In this document: piece by piece, positions 30,650 to 41,480 of the stretch
Numbering within the stretch: position 1 is the stretch's first letter
Layout: each line of letters begins with the position of its first letter
DNA from: a virus
Taxonomy: Duplodnaviria; Caudoviricetes
Virus record (IMG/VR): IMGVR_UViG_3300033074_001499
Span: 1-64,000 of that record
DNA length: 64,000 nucleotides
Reading direction: 5' to 3' (one strand)
The notes under the pieces: model-generated
What the model saw: the letters and a program-made list of their open reading frames with translations, nothing else
The model's database searches: none
What the model was told of the DNA's origin: nothing
Program-made: the position numbers and the translations under genes

Positions 30650-31388
30650 TTGCAAAATCTCTTGGAAAGTTCAGATTAGCAAATTCTCCAAAAATTTCAA
30701 ACGCTCTTTTATCATAGTCTATGGCGGCTTCAATTTCCGTGTCAAAAACTTTATCATAAGATATATCATTTATCGTCAAACTTGAAATCCACTTCCCTCT
30801 CTCGCACCAAACACCTTTGTAAGGACTTCCACTTTTTGAAATCTTTTTAGAAGAATTTCTTGCGTTTTGTTGAGGTGTTACAACCCTTAAATTTTCAATT
30901 CTGTTATCATTGGGGTCATTGTTAATATGATCTAACATCCCCTCTGGGTCTTCGCCTGTAAGAAGTTTCCAAATTATTCTGTGACCTTTAAATAGCTTAT
31001 TACCGAATCTAATTTCTAAATAACCGTTTCTACTATGATAATGACCGGCCACCTTCCCTTCAAATTTTGCATTAAATATTTTACAGCTTTTTTCATTTTT
31101 GAAATGTGCTAAAGGCCTGGAACGCCAAACCAACTCACCTGTTTTAAAAACATAATCAAAACACTCTCTCAAATAATCTTGTGACGGTAGGTTTTTACCT
31201 TTTGGGTTGAAATTTTGTTTTGCCTTACTTCCGTTCTGTCTCCATCTACTGGTCACGAGTCTTGCACATTCCACACAAGAACCACTCTCAACTTTCCTCT
31301 GTGCAATGTGTCCATTTTTACATGGTTTACCAGTAAAATAACGAGTAAACCCAAGGTCTATAGCTGTTTTTCTGTCTATTATTTCCAT
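30642..31388 (-). mobile_element. Free-standing HNH homing endonuclease with AP2-like domain
   Basis: RYFTGKPCKNGH..CVEC N-terminus, HRIIW..LDHINNDPNDNRIENLR core, YKGVW AP2 domain. Confidence 0.9.
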
Positions 31389-32383
31389 TAGATAATCCCG
31401 TGGTTTAAGAGAACATCCTTCAGTTCAATTTTATTTTCAAGTTCTTTTTTAGTTCGTAACATTCTAGCAAGATGCCAATTTTCAGATGCAACGTAAAGCC
31501 AGTCGATTTCAAACTTATCGCCTCGCCATCCTTCAATAATTTTAGGTGCGGGATAAAGCATCTTATACACGGCAACAATGGCCTCTAAAGCTTGCTTATC
31601 ATTTGTACAGTTGACCAAAGCATAGTATGCTTTTTTATCGCCCCATCGCTTATCACTTGCGGAGTTAGCAGCATATCCATCTGCTTTATCTGAAGCACAA
31701 CATTGCCAGTAGAAAAATATACGTCCCTCTCCTCTGACTTTATTCTTCGAGTCTAAAAATAAATGCCCAAATTTATTACAGTTGACAATTCCACGATGTT
31801 GTTGATTACGATCCCAGACATTAATTGGACAACCCCAGAAATCTTTATCTTCAATAAGAGCAAAACGATCTGGACGTTTAAAACACTCAATAACTACACG
31901 ATCATCGTTTTCAATCTGAGTTACAATCTCTGCATTAAATTTTTTCTTTAAATAGTGAGACACTTCTTCCAAAAGTAAAGGCTTTAGAAGACTCTCTCTA
32001 TCTTTATATTTCTGAATTGTGGACAAATCTACACGAAAAGATTCTCCTTCTCCAAGGAAAGCTAAATAATTTTCTGCACCAGAGAGCTTCAAATCTTTTT
32101 CTACCATAACCCTAGCTGTGTGCAAAACATTCTCAATAGGTTCAGCACGCTGGATATCTTCATATTCAAATTCATCCCAAAGAAAAGGGCTAGTACGATT
32201 TTTATTAATTTCTGCTAATTTCCCTCCTGATTTTTTTAAGTGGTGGCCGTAAAAATCCGTACGTGTTGGTAGCTCCAGTGTCCTGCCTGTGGTTTTGTGA
32301 GTAATCAGTACAGATCGCGACTCTCCGGCAGCTGCTGCGTGGTACTTATACAGGTCAAGATCGACAATTGCTGTTTTAGTCAT
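31388..32383 (-). CDS. 5'-3' exonuclease (T7 gp6-like)
   Basis: AIVDLD N-terminus; ENDD, DKDF and DKADG acidic motifs. Confidence 0.8.
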   Translation of the reverse strand: MTKTAIVDLDLYKYHAAAAGESRSVLITHKTTGRTLELPTRTDFYGHHLKKSGGKLAEINKNRTSPFLWDEFEYEDIQRAEPIENVLHTARVMVEKDLKLSGAENYLAFLGEGESFRVDLSTIQKYKDRESLLKPLLLEEVSHYLKKKFNAEIVTQIENDDRVVIECFKRPDRFALIEDKDFWGCPINVWDRNQQHRGIVNCNKFGHLFLDSKNKVRGEGRIFFYWQCCASDKADGYAANSASDKRWGDKKAYYALVNCTNDKQALEAIVAVYKMLYPAPKIIEGWRGDKFEIDWLYVASENWHLARMLRTKKELENKIELKDVLLNHGII

Positions 32384-32505
32384 TGTTCTTCTTCATAAAG
32401 CTGAATCAAATCATCAAGACAAGGGACATGATCTTGCAGAAAATCAATCAACCCTTCATACCATTCAATAATTTCATCTTTTGTCTCTGTATCATTAAAA
32501 TACAT
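32380..32505 (-). CDS. Small acidic protein, 41 aa
   Basis: Hand-translated MYFNDTETKDEIIEWYEGLIDFLQDHVPCLDDLIQLYEEEQ; overlaps both neighbouring genes by a few bases. Confidence 0.55.
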   Translation of the reverse strand: MYFNDTETKDEIIEWYEGLIDFLQDHVPCLDDLIQLYEEEQ

Positions 32506-32797
32506 GTGCACCTCCTTTCACTACAGGAGTGATACCTGTAATTTTCTCAAACTTTTCTGAAGCTTCTTTAACGTTTTCAACCAACTCTTTAAGAGGTACT
32601 TCATTCATTATGTGAAAACCAATAAACCATTCTTCTTTAGGGCTGTCATAAGCTGGACTCATGTAATCAAAATAATATTCAATGACCTCATAAATATTAC
32701 CAAAAACATCATCAGAATCACACTTTTCTTTTAGCCATGATTCCATATCTGAATAGTGGAGTCCAACCATCAGTTTGTCACGAATGTCTCTACTCAT
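32495..32797 (-). CDS. Hypothetical protein
   Basis: 100-aa ORF closely packed with its neighbours. Confidence 0.6.
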   Translation of the reverse strand: MSRDIRDKLMVGLHYSDMESWLKEKCDSDDVFGNIYEVIEYYFDYMSPAYDSPKEEWFIGFHIMNEVPLKELVENVKEASEKFEKITGITPVVKGGAHVF

Positions 32798-33048
32798 TAT
32801 TCCTCTCCTGCAAGTTCTTCGTATTTCTTGAATACAGCAATCGCTAACTCTTTCTTTTCATTAAAATCTTGCTTTGCTTTTAATTTTGCAGCTTGCGCAA
32901 TCACTTTAATCTCATCACTGGCAATGCCACTTGGATTGTCTTCGGGATGATATTTAACATCAGCTTTCAGTTGACGAATATCTTCAGACAGAGTGAGTTT
33001 TTCAGCTTCTAGTTGTGCTAGACGATTAAATAGTTCTACTTCTTTCAT
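32797..33048 (-). CDS. GapR/DsbA-like dsDNA-binding protein
   Basis: RLAQLEAEKLTLSEDIRQLKAD helical pattern. Confidence 0.5.
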   Translation of the reverse strand: MKEVELFNRLAQLEAEKLTLSEDIRQLKADVKYHPEDNPSGIASDEIKVIAQAAKLKAKQDFNEKKELAIAVFKKYEELAGEE

Positions 33049-33059
33049 ATTATTTCTCC

Positions 33060-33664
33060 TTAGAAATTAACGATTTCAAATTTAGTAATGTAACCACCTT
33101 GCCGATGTAGTTTTCTAACAGCATCAATAAAATCGTAGGGTGTCTCATAGGTTCGACCTTTACCAACTTTTTCGTATTCGCAAAATACATGAATGTTTTC
33201 AGGGCACATTTCTTTGTAAAACACCCCACTTACAAACACCGTTTGAGTTTTTCGTTTAAAGAAATCAAACATAATATTCTCCTTTATTCAATCTATAATA
33301 ATGTGACAGTTTTTAACTTCTACTTTGATTCCAAGCTCTCGAAGAAGAGCTGGAACATCTCTTACATAATCAAAGTCCCAAAAATTACCAAAAGCTATAG
33401 TACGACCATTAATCAGCACCTCAAGCATTTCAGTATTTTTATCCACCAAGAAATCAACTTTATCAGTCATTCCTTATCCTCCCAAAATCCAAAATTCATA
33501 AAACCATCTGAATCTTTTTGAAATTGGAGTTTAGCATAATCTACACAGTCTAGTTCCATGTCGAATTTCTCAAGGATAGACCATGTGTGATTGTTTGGGA
33601 CAAGGTGGCCAAGAATTACATTGAGAATATAATATTCACGCTCTGTTAGCTCTACATTAATCAT
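33060..33664 (-). other. Three small hypothetical CDS (33060-33272, 33288-33470, 33467-33664)
   Basis: Closely packed ORFs. Confidence 0.55.
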
Positions 33665-33678
33665 TTAATTTTCCCCTT

Positions 33679-33710
33679 TAAAAGAAAGGGGAACAATGTT
33701 CCCCTTATTT
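33679..33710. terminator. Terminator downstream of the SSB-like gene
   Basis: GGGGAAC-AAT-GTTCCCC flanked by A- and T-rich tracts. Confidence 0.7.
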
Positions 33711-33720
33711 ACCTGTTACA

Positions 33721-34710
33721 TCAGAAAGGAATATCTTGATCGAAAGAATCAACATCCATAGCTTCCTTTTCTTGTTTTGACAGCTTTTCCTTAGCTACCG
33801 GAACGGAAGGTTCTTCTTTTTGATTATTAGATTTAAGGACGTCTAGAGCTTTTTGAAGATCACTGCCTTCAAAATTCTGAGCCATACGCATAGTGTTCAC
33901 TACACTTTGACGAAGTTGTTTTAGAATTTTAGGGTCTTGAACTCCTTTAAAATTAACGCCATAAATATATTCCTGGGGCAGCTCTGGAATCATCGGCACC
34001 ATCACATCGGGCACTTGACCAGATAGTTTAATCTTCTCATTCAGGTAATGTTTACCACCTGACTCTTGCAGGAAGACCTGCACTTCAAAAAGAGCAGCTT
34101 TACCGAGAAGTTTACCAATCATGTGTGGTTTAAAACGACCATTCTCATCAAGCACATCAGTAGCAGATGCCAGCTTATGAATCTGAGTGTTAGATTTAAA
34201 GCTCCATGAGCCGTCATCATTCCGAACTTCTTTTACATTATACGGCTTGCCAACAACTTTTCCGATTTCTTTAATGTAGAATTCTCCGTTCAATAGAAGA
34301 CGCAGCGGATGCTCTTTTGAGTCTTCGTCTCCAAAAAATTGCCCTTGATTAATCATGACCCCTGGGAAATCCACAGTAAATGCTACCTGTTGACAAGGCT
34401 TTACTTTCCAGCGTTTGTAACGAGTAGGAACACCTTTGTCATTTGGCAGTGTTTCAAAGTATTGCTCTGGATTTTTCTCTAGCTCTGCTGCTTCATCAGC
34501 CTCATCCCCTTTGAATTCCATTTTAGCATCTTCTTGAGCCTGGAGACCAAGATCAATTACACCACTGATGATACCGATCATCGCCTTAGCTTTTTTCTGA
34601 GTGCCAACTTTTTCAACAATGTATTTAGCACGAGCATCCCAGTCAACTTGAGGACGATCAGAATTATTAGCAGTGTTAGTGTTTACGTTTTCAACATTAA
34701 ATTCAAACAT
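33721..34710 (-). CDS. Probable single-stranded DNA-binding protein
   Basis: 329 aa in the replication module; acidic aromatic tail DVDSFDQDIPF. Confidence 0.6.
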   Translation of the reverse strand: MFEFNVENVNTNTANNSDRPQVDWDARAKYIVEKVGTQKKAKAMIGIISGVIDLGLQAQEDAKMEFKGDEADEAAELEKNPEQYFETLPNDKGVPTRYKRWKVKPCQQVAFTVDFPGVMINQGQFFGDEDSKEHPLRLLLNGEFYIKEIGKVVGKPYNVKEVRNDDGSWSFKSNTQIHKLASATDVLDENGRFKPHMIGKLLGKAALFEVQVFLQESGGKHYLNEKIKLSGQVPDVMVPMIPELPQEYIYGVNFKGVQDPKILKQLRQSVVNTMRMAQNFEGSDLQKALDVLKSNNQKEEPSVPVAKEKLSKQEKEAMDVDSFDQDIPF

Positions 34711-34795
34711 ATTATTTCCTTTTTGCAGTTTTTAAGTTTTGAGACTTCGCTCAGTTTTGGTGTTGCAATAATCAAGTATTGCTACTTGAATTCTT

Positions 34796-35822
34796 TCAAA
34801 GCTTTTTAAGCTCGCGGTAGATTGATTTTTCACAATTAGCAACTAGACCAATTGTGTGCACATAATAAGGTTTCACATTACCAGTCAGATCAGTGAAAGC
34901 ACGAACATTTTTATACACCACTTCGTATTGTTCATAAGGAAGACCAACAGAAGCCTTCTGAGCGATTTTACGTAGAGCTTTAGATTTACGAGCATTCATT
35001 ATTTATTTTCTCCTTTATTTAAGATTACGATTTGTAATCACACCAATAGTGACAGCAATGAGAATCAGAGTTAAAGCAATTGTAAGAGGAATCCAAAAAG
35101 GAGACAGTACCCATACCCAACTCCAAGTTGCAACAACACCAATACCAGCAAGTTTTAGCGTTACAAAAATCAGACCAAGAATTCCAAAGATAGGAAATTG
35201 AGTAGATTTATTCATTTTATCGCACCACACTATCAAAAGCTAGACGAACAATCACTTGTTTGTGACCATGTTGTTTTGCATATCGTACGTTATGACGAGC
35301 AGATTCACGAGTGGTGAAAATATCAATCAAACCCACGTCTTCATCAATAACAGCCCAACCCTTTACATTATTTACGTCACGTTTAAATTGTTTCATTTAC
35401 TTTCTCCAATCAAATCACATTATCAATTAAACGTTTATAACGGTCTAAATCTTCATCGTCTTCTTCCAAAGTCTGGTCAATATACATTTCATCAATTTCA
35501 AAAGGACTAAGACTGATTTCATCACTTACAAGATCGAAAGCGTGTTCTTCCGACTCAGCATTAGTAACAAGAAATTCCGAATAAGCTTTTACCCTCACAA
35601 CATAATTAGTCATTGTAGTTTCTCCAGTTTATCTTGCAGTTCTTTAATTTGACGTTCAAGAGATTTCTTTACAAACTCTTTGTCAGCCTTCTCCACTTCA
35701 AGCTTTAGGTCTTCTTCTGCAATCCAATATTCATAGCCTGAGCTGGTCGTTAAATTTACACCCTCGTCGCACAAGTCATTCACAATCACTTCAATCTTAA
35801 ATTTATCACCAATTTTAAACAT
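34796..35822 (-). other. Small hypothetical CDS cluster (34796-34999, 35015-35236 membrane protein, 35410-35613, 35610-35822)
   Basis: ORF track; promoter at 35857-35884 upstream. Confidence 0.55.
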
Positions 35823-35856
35823 TTATTTTCTCCTTTGTTTTCAACACATGGCATCT

Positions 35857-35884
35857 ATTGTACACTAAAACAAAAAGATGTCAA
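35857..35884 (-). promoter_or_regulatory. Sigma70-type promoter
   Basis: TTGACA-16 nt-TACAAT on the minus strand. Confidence 0.7.
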
Positions 35885-35900
35885 GCTTTATTTTACACCA

Positions 35901-38453
35901 TCAATGGCAATTTTCCCAATTTCTTCCTAGCATATATCCTGCCGTCAGATCAATAACCATATTGTAATCCTTACCTGATTGATTAACAGCTTCGATAGCT
36001 AGTTGCCCTGCCTTACAATACGCTACATAAAATCCTCCTTTTGGGGATGGTTTAACATCACTCCAAATTTCACCGAACTCTGTAAAACGCAGATTCTTGA
36101 ATTCTTCTGTTTCCTCTTTAGTTTGAAACATTTTAAATTTTACAGATTTCTTGTTCACCTCTAATTGTGCTTCGTCATGGTAAGCAATTAGTTGTTGACA
36201 AAAATCTTGAGTGGTCAAATTGTCAGAAAAGAAATCTACAAGAAGATTATTCTCTTTCAACTTACGATCATGAATCACCATAGCTCTTTTAGCACAAATA
36301 ACACCAGCACTTTGAAATTTACTGTTAAGAATTGCGTGAGCTGATCGCGTAGGAACAAGTCGGCCATCAATCCCTACAATACGTTTCTTATCAAAAGAAG
36401 TCCATTCTTTGTTCAACGCATCTTTTAGTTTTTTCAAAGGAGCGGCAGCTTCCCAAAAAGCTTCAAAAATCTGATTACCTGTCTCTACATCACAACCAAT
36501 AGTCTTGGCAATTTTTGGACCCTGCGCACCGTAGGTTGCTCCATATTTTACAGCTTTTGCAGGAGAACGTCCAAACTCCCTGGCAATAATTGCAGAAATC
36601 TTCTCAGCCATCTTAGTATGCACGTCATTTGGTTTATCCAAAAGCAGAGAATTACAATATTCTTTCTGATTACCTTGCTCGTATGGCCAACAGAAATTAG
36701 CCTCCTCTCGTGCTTCTAGACTATCAAAATCGTAACCAATTTGATAACAATCGTCGTCTACCCCAAACATAGCTCGCATGTTAGCACCATAAAGAGATGT
36801 TACACGAGGAATGTTTGTTACTAACCGATGTTTGAAACGAGATGTTGCAGCGCCGCAGGTATCAGCAGGAGTTGGAATACGTCCATCTTCTCTTACAGCA
36901 GCTAAATAACCCTTCTCTGGTTCTTCGTCATCCTCCCAATCAGCACCGCCGCCTAGAATACTGTTACGGCGGTGCCTGTAAGTTAGATATTCTGTAATAT
37001 CAGTGATACAATTTAATTCTTCTTTAGAATTGGCAAGTTCTTGTAGATTAGGGCAAATTTCTTTTTCTTGTCCTACGGTAAAACTAGGATTTGTTAGTAC
37101 ACGAATTCCCCCACGGCGTTCGGTACGTTTGACAAGCTCGTGTTTTAGCTTGTTTGCAATACTTTCTTTGCTCATTCTAGGGCCTACACTGATACCCAGA
37201 TGTTCACAACGATCTTTACAAAAATTACTATCTACTGTTTGCTCTACGTAGCGTTCAATAGCCGCTTTGAGTTTTTCAGGAGGTAGTCTGTTCTTTTTAA
37301 CATCTACAGTCAAATCTTTTTCCTTATATTCAGAAGGAGCCCAACCCAGGCCAACCAACCATTCTTTAATGTGTGTTGTATCATTAATTGTGGCTTCCAT
37401 ACTGTTAACTAAAGGTTCTAATGGTAGAGGAAGACTGTACTCTTTACCTTCAAACAAAAACAGATTCTCTTTAATCTCTGCCCCAATTTTTTCTGCAAAT
37501 TTAATAAGGTTTGAAGATATATCACCATTCTTTTTAAACTGAATTTTTGGGGGAGTAAAATCAGACTGAACTTTCTTTGTGGCGGTGCGGGGAGGAAGAA
37601 TTTTCTCAATCTTCTCTTTACGTTCCTGCATTAATTTATCAAGTTCATCCAAATTTCTTTGTGCCAAACCCATATCAAACTTGAAGCCTCGGTGCTCTTG
37701 TCGAGTAACCAACTCAGCAACAGCTTTTTCTAATTTGATTGCTTTATTCCATTTATCGTTCCATCCGTATAATTTCATCTCTTCATCAAGCTGCTTAGCT
37801 ACAGCTTTATTAGCCTTAACGTCCCAAATGTTGTAATAAAGCATATCTGGACCGAAATGTTTAAATCGTTCCTCTTGTGGGATATGTTTACGGAATTGTA
37901 TTTTTTGTGCTTCTCCTTTTTGTGACAAATTGTCCAGAGAGTGACCACCAAAACGATCAGGATTCAAAGTTTTTGAACGCACCAACGTATCATCAAAAAT
38001 TACTTTCTTACCGTCCCAATAGTCATCACCCAATTCTTTATCAATATTCATATCCACTTCTACAGAATAAGGAATATTCCAGTAAAGTTTTACAGCTAGT
38101 AGGTCATAATTAATTTGGTTGTGAGCAATAACTTTACTATTTTCCGGTATTGCTTTAACAAAATTAGGGAATTCCTCCAATTTTTTATGAATGTAATTTA
38201 CAGGTATATACCCTGCCTCAAGTTTGTAAGTAATCCCTTCTACAGTATGAATATACTCACGACCATCGAAATTATATTTTTCTCCGTCGTGAAAACCATA
38301 CAAATACTCTTTACCATTAATCTCTACAGACACAACAATACAGTGAATTTTAAAGCTATCCTTGAGCTTGTAAGGAACGCTTGTATAATCAATACTCTCA
38401 CTATTCAAAAGATTGTTGGCTTCGATATCCCAAACAATTTCCCAAGGTTGCAT
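35901..38453 (-). CDS. Family A DNA polymerase with 3'-5' exonuclease (T7-like)
   Basis: WDIEAN, AHNQINYD, motif A DFDSLEAR, motif B KAVKYG (Tyr at the Pol I 762 position), motif C YHDEAQ. Confidence 0.95.
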   Translation of the reverse strand: MQPWEIVWDIEANNLLNSESIDYTSVPYKLKDSFKIHCIVVSVEINGKEYLYGFHDGEKYNFDGREYIHTVEGITYKLEAGYIPVNYIHKKLEEFPNFVKAIPENSKVIAHNQINYDLLAVKLYWNIPYSVEVDMNIDKELGDDYWDGKKVIFDDTLVRSKTLNPDRFGGHSLDNLSQKGEAQKIQFRKHIPQEERFKHFGPDMLYYNIWDVKANKAVAKQLDEEMKLYGWNDKWNKAIKLEKAVAELVTRQEHRGFKFDMGLAQRNLDELDKLMQERKEKIEKILPPRTATKKVQSDFTPPKIQFKKNGDISSNLIKFAEKIGAEIKENLFLFEGKEYSLPLPLEPLVNSMEATINDTTHIKEWLVGLGWAPSEYKEKDLTVDVKKNRLPPEKLKAAIERYVEQTVDSNFCKDRCEHLGISVGPRMSKESIANKLKHELVKRTERRGGIRVLTNPSFTVGQEKEICPNLQELANSKEELNCITDITEYLTYRHRRNSILGGGADWEDDEEPEKGYLAAVREDGRIPTPADTCGAATSRFKHRLVTNIPRVTSLYGANMRAMFGVDDDCYQIGYDFDSLEAREEANFCWPYEQGNQKEYCNSLLLDKPNDVHTKMAEKISAIIAREFGRSPAKAVKYGATYGAQGPKIAKTIGCDVETGNQIFEAFWEAAAPLKKLKDALNKEWTSFDKKRIVGIDGRLVPTRSAHAILNSKFQSAGVICAKRAMVIHDRKLKENNLLVDFFSDNLTTQDFCQQLIAYHDEAQLEVNKKSVKFKMFQTKEETEEFKNLRFTEFGEIWSDVKPSPKGGFYVAYCKAGQLAIEAVNQSGKDYNMVIDLTAGYMLGRNWENCH

Positions 38454-38462
38454 AATTTCTCC

Positions 38463-40304
38463 TTAAAAATCAATTTCCTCGTCAATTTGACGAGGATTTT
38501 TGTCTAGCCAGTCTTCCAAATCGTAAAGACGATGGCTTTCATTGCAATAGTAGTAACGACCAGCATCAGGTGCAGTACGCCCAGACCAGCGACATTTAGT
38601 GATTTTCATCCGTGTAGTATTTCGTTCCACAGGGTCTTCAGCTTCTTTATTTCGCATGAAAAGCATATTACAAGAAGCACTTTTAAAGATTGATGATGAG
38701 CCTAAAAAATCTTCCTCATATAGTTCTGCTCCAGTAGAATTAGCTTGTGCACCGCCACTATTTTTACGAACATGGTTAATATTCACAAAAGTAACCTTGT
38801 GACTCTTAGTGAAACCTTTCATCCATTTCATAAAAACAGCCTGACCTTCAGTTGAAAGACCATCCAATACATCTTGAAGCGGGTCAAGAATAATAATCTT
38901 ACACTCACACTCAATAACAAGACGACTGACTTGCTCTTGAAGGTCTTCTACACTACCGTCGCGTTCATCTACCAGTTTAAACCGATCAGAGCCATCAGAG
39001 TGACAGAACAACTCAAACTCTTTCTTCTGTACATGCTCTTGTAGTAGGAAATCACGTTTTTCTTCTACTGTTTCAATTAGATCAATTTTATACCCAACAT
39101 GACGCGATAGAAGCTTAATCCCATATTCACCACTTTCAGATTCAAGACTTACAACACCAATTTTGTAAGGACTATTAAAAATCCAGTAGTAAATACACTC
39201 ATCAATAATTGTACTTTTACCGGCACCGCTCATTGACCCAAGATTTACAATCCTTCCAAGTGGTATACCCCCTGCCATAAGTTTCTGTGCTTTGTGCATA
39301 AATGGCGGAAGAGGAATTTTCTCAACAAGAGCACTTTCCATGATTTTATCGGGAAGTTCAGAACTCCCAACAATACCCACAGGTGAATATTCCCGAGCTT
39401 TATAATAGGCGTTGATTACTTCTTTCTCTTTACCGGCTCCAAGAGCATCATTAGCATCTTTTTCGGAAATGTTCATAACAAATAGCTTCCGCTTAGGAAC
39501 TACCTTAGAAACTTCTTCAAGAGCTTTCATACCCGCCTTATCTTGATCTGGCAGAAAGATGATCTTGTTAAACCGATTTAACCACTCATACTGCATTTGT
39601 AGCTGCTTATGTAGACCACCCTCACCAATAGTAGAAGAAACTACAGGAACTTCTTTATAGCCTTTCGAAGTCATGTAATCATTCAGCATTTGGTAAGTTG
39701 CCATAGCGTCATGCTCGCCGGAAGTCACAACAACTGTATCAGACTGAGTATTCATGAATTTAAATTGCATAAACAAATCACAATCCTTACCAGTCTCCCC
39801 GTAAGGGCTAGTGAAGTCTTTTGGGTGTTTCCTCACTTTATAACCTGTTAGTTTACCTTCCTTAGTACAAGGATAGTAAGTGGCAGAAACATTCCCGTCT
39901 TCCTCGTTATATTCATAACGAACGCCGAAAGGTTTACTCGTATCTGTACGAATCCCACGGTAACCTTTACTTTCTACACCAGTAGATGCTTTGATCTTAG
40001 CATGAACTTCATCATTAAATTCTTTACCCACTAAATCCTCCCAATTAAACACTTCTTCTCGTTTATAACGCTCTGTATCACCAGTTATTGATTCGTAAAT
40101 CTGCACAGCTTTTGGAAAGCTACAATTCTCCATTTCCATGATAAATTTAGCAGCATCCCCACCATCGTTACACGCCCCATAACACCAATAACTATCTTCA
40201 TACACGTGAAGGGATGGTGTAGCTTCTCCATGAATAGCACAACACGCTTTGTTATTAGAATTAACATGTCCGCAGTAGTGCTCGATGATCAATTTTATAC
40301 TCAT
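38463..40304 (-). CDS. Primase-helicase (T7 gp4-like)
   Basis: N-terminal Cys/His zinc domain, TOPRIM SGEHDA and PDQD, Walker A GSMSGAGKST, ILDPL and HVRK. Confidence 0.92.
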   Translation of the reverse strand: MSIKLIIEHYCGHVNSNNKACCAIHGEATPSLHVYEDSYWCYGACNDGGDAAKFIMEMENCSFPKAVQIYESITGDTERYKREEVFNWEDLVGKEFNDEVHAKIKASTGVESKGYRGIRTDTSKPFGVRYEYNEEDGNVSATYYPCTKEGKLTGYKVRKHPKDFTSPYGETGKDCDLFMQFKFMNTQSDTVVVTSGEHDAMATYQMLNDYMTSKGYKEVPVVSSTIGEGGLHKQLQMQYEWLNRFNKIIFLPDQDKAGMKALEEVSKVVPKRKLFVMNISEKDANDALGAGKEKEVINAYYKAREYSPVGIVGSSELPDKIMESALVEKIPLPPFMHKAQKLMAGGIPLGRIVNLGSMSGAGKSTIIDECIYYWIFNSPYKIGVVSLESESGEYGIKLLSRHVGYKIDLIETVEEKRDFLLQEHVQKKEFELFCHSDGSDRFKLVDERDGSVEDLQEQVSRLVIECECKIIILDPLQDVLDGLSTEGQAVFMKWMKGFTKSHKVTFVNINHVRKNSGGAQANSTGAELYEEDFLGSSSIFKSASCNMLFMRNKEAEDPVERNTTRMKITKCRWSGRTAPDAGRYYYCNESHRLYDLEDWLDKNPRQIDEEIDF

Positions 40305-41479
40305 TTAATCACAAAGTTCCTTATACATATATTCATATTCTTTAAGACGAATAATTTCATCGAGCATCAAATGAAATAATTTATCACCCAAAACATTTGA
40401 TGTACCTGCATACCAGTGTTCTCCATTTCGATATAAAATCGTTTTATAAGTATTTCCATCACGAACAACCTTATATTTACCATTATCAAACTCAAAAACT
40501 TCTTCCATGTTTAATCCTCTCTTGTTTATTTGCAATTACACAGGCATGATTTGTTTTTGTATCAAAGCCCATAACAACAGTTGTTTTCCAACCATCCTCA
40601 ATTGAACTCTCTACTTTGATAAAGAGTGTCTTATTGTTTAAGACTTCCCAATCAAATTCTAGAGCAGGCGGGAAAGTTTTTGATAGCTTATTAATCATTT
40701 ACTTATACTCCTTACGATATCCCGCATCGTATAGGCCAATCATGGCTTGCTTGAGGACGCTATAAAGACCTTTCATGATGACTGAATTTATATCGCCTGG
40801 AGGGATTACATGCATCATTTCCTCAATCGCCTTTTCCCGCTCTTCCTCTGCGACCTGCTCGGGGGTGCGGATAGGGCGGAACTGGCAACTACGAACAGGA
40901 CATGCGAATTCGTCAGATTCATCGCCCTCGAACACAACAATTCCTGAGCCCATGTAGTTGATTTTGTGGATTACCCAGTTGTTATGCCCGCTGTGCATCA
41001 CTTCACACAGCGTCCCAACCGGAGGAAGACCCTTACCATCCCATTCAATTTGTTTTTCTTCTTCTAGGTCTTCACCAGATTTACTAATGAATTCATTTTC
41101 ATACCAATGAATATCATAACTCTCATTCCAATCCCCATCGTACCAAACAAACCAGTCTTTTCCAGATTTTTTAATCCAAGTATTATAATAATCTGCATTC
41201 TCAGGTAGGAAGTGTGTAGTTCCTTCTGGAGCAAGTTCCCAATTTACAGAAACTGTAGTCATTTAAATCCTCCTAATCAATAGAAATTGTAGAACAACCA
41301 ATGTCGTTGTCATCACATTCATTATCGTACAAATATTCATCTCTGTCAATAAGAGAATATTTCTTATTTTCTTCTGCGATTTCTTTATCAAGAAGTTTCA
41401 AATATTCTTTTTCATATGAATGGTCAATAACAGAGGACTTGTTAAAGAAGTCCATATTCTTCTTCACTGGATTTTTCAT
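40305..41479 (-). other. Hypothetical CDS cluster (40305-40535, 40492-40698, 40699-41262, 41273-41479)
   Basis: 40699-41262 carries W..APEGTTH and WDGKGLPPVGTLCEV motifs recalled from Pseudomonas phages. Confidence 0.6.
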
Positions 41480-41480
41480 T

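Noticed and set aside
22062-40304. Inteins or introns in nrdA, DNA polymerase or primase-helicase
   Set aside because: Frames are uninterrupted, lengths are ordinary, and no intein terminal or LAGLIDADG motifs were seen
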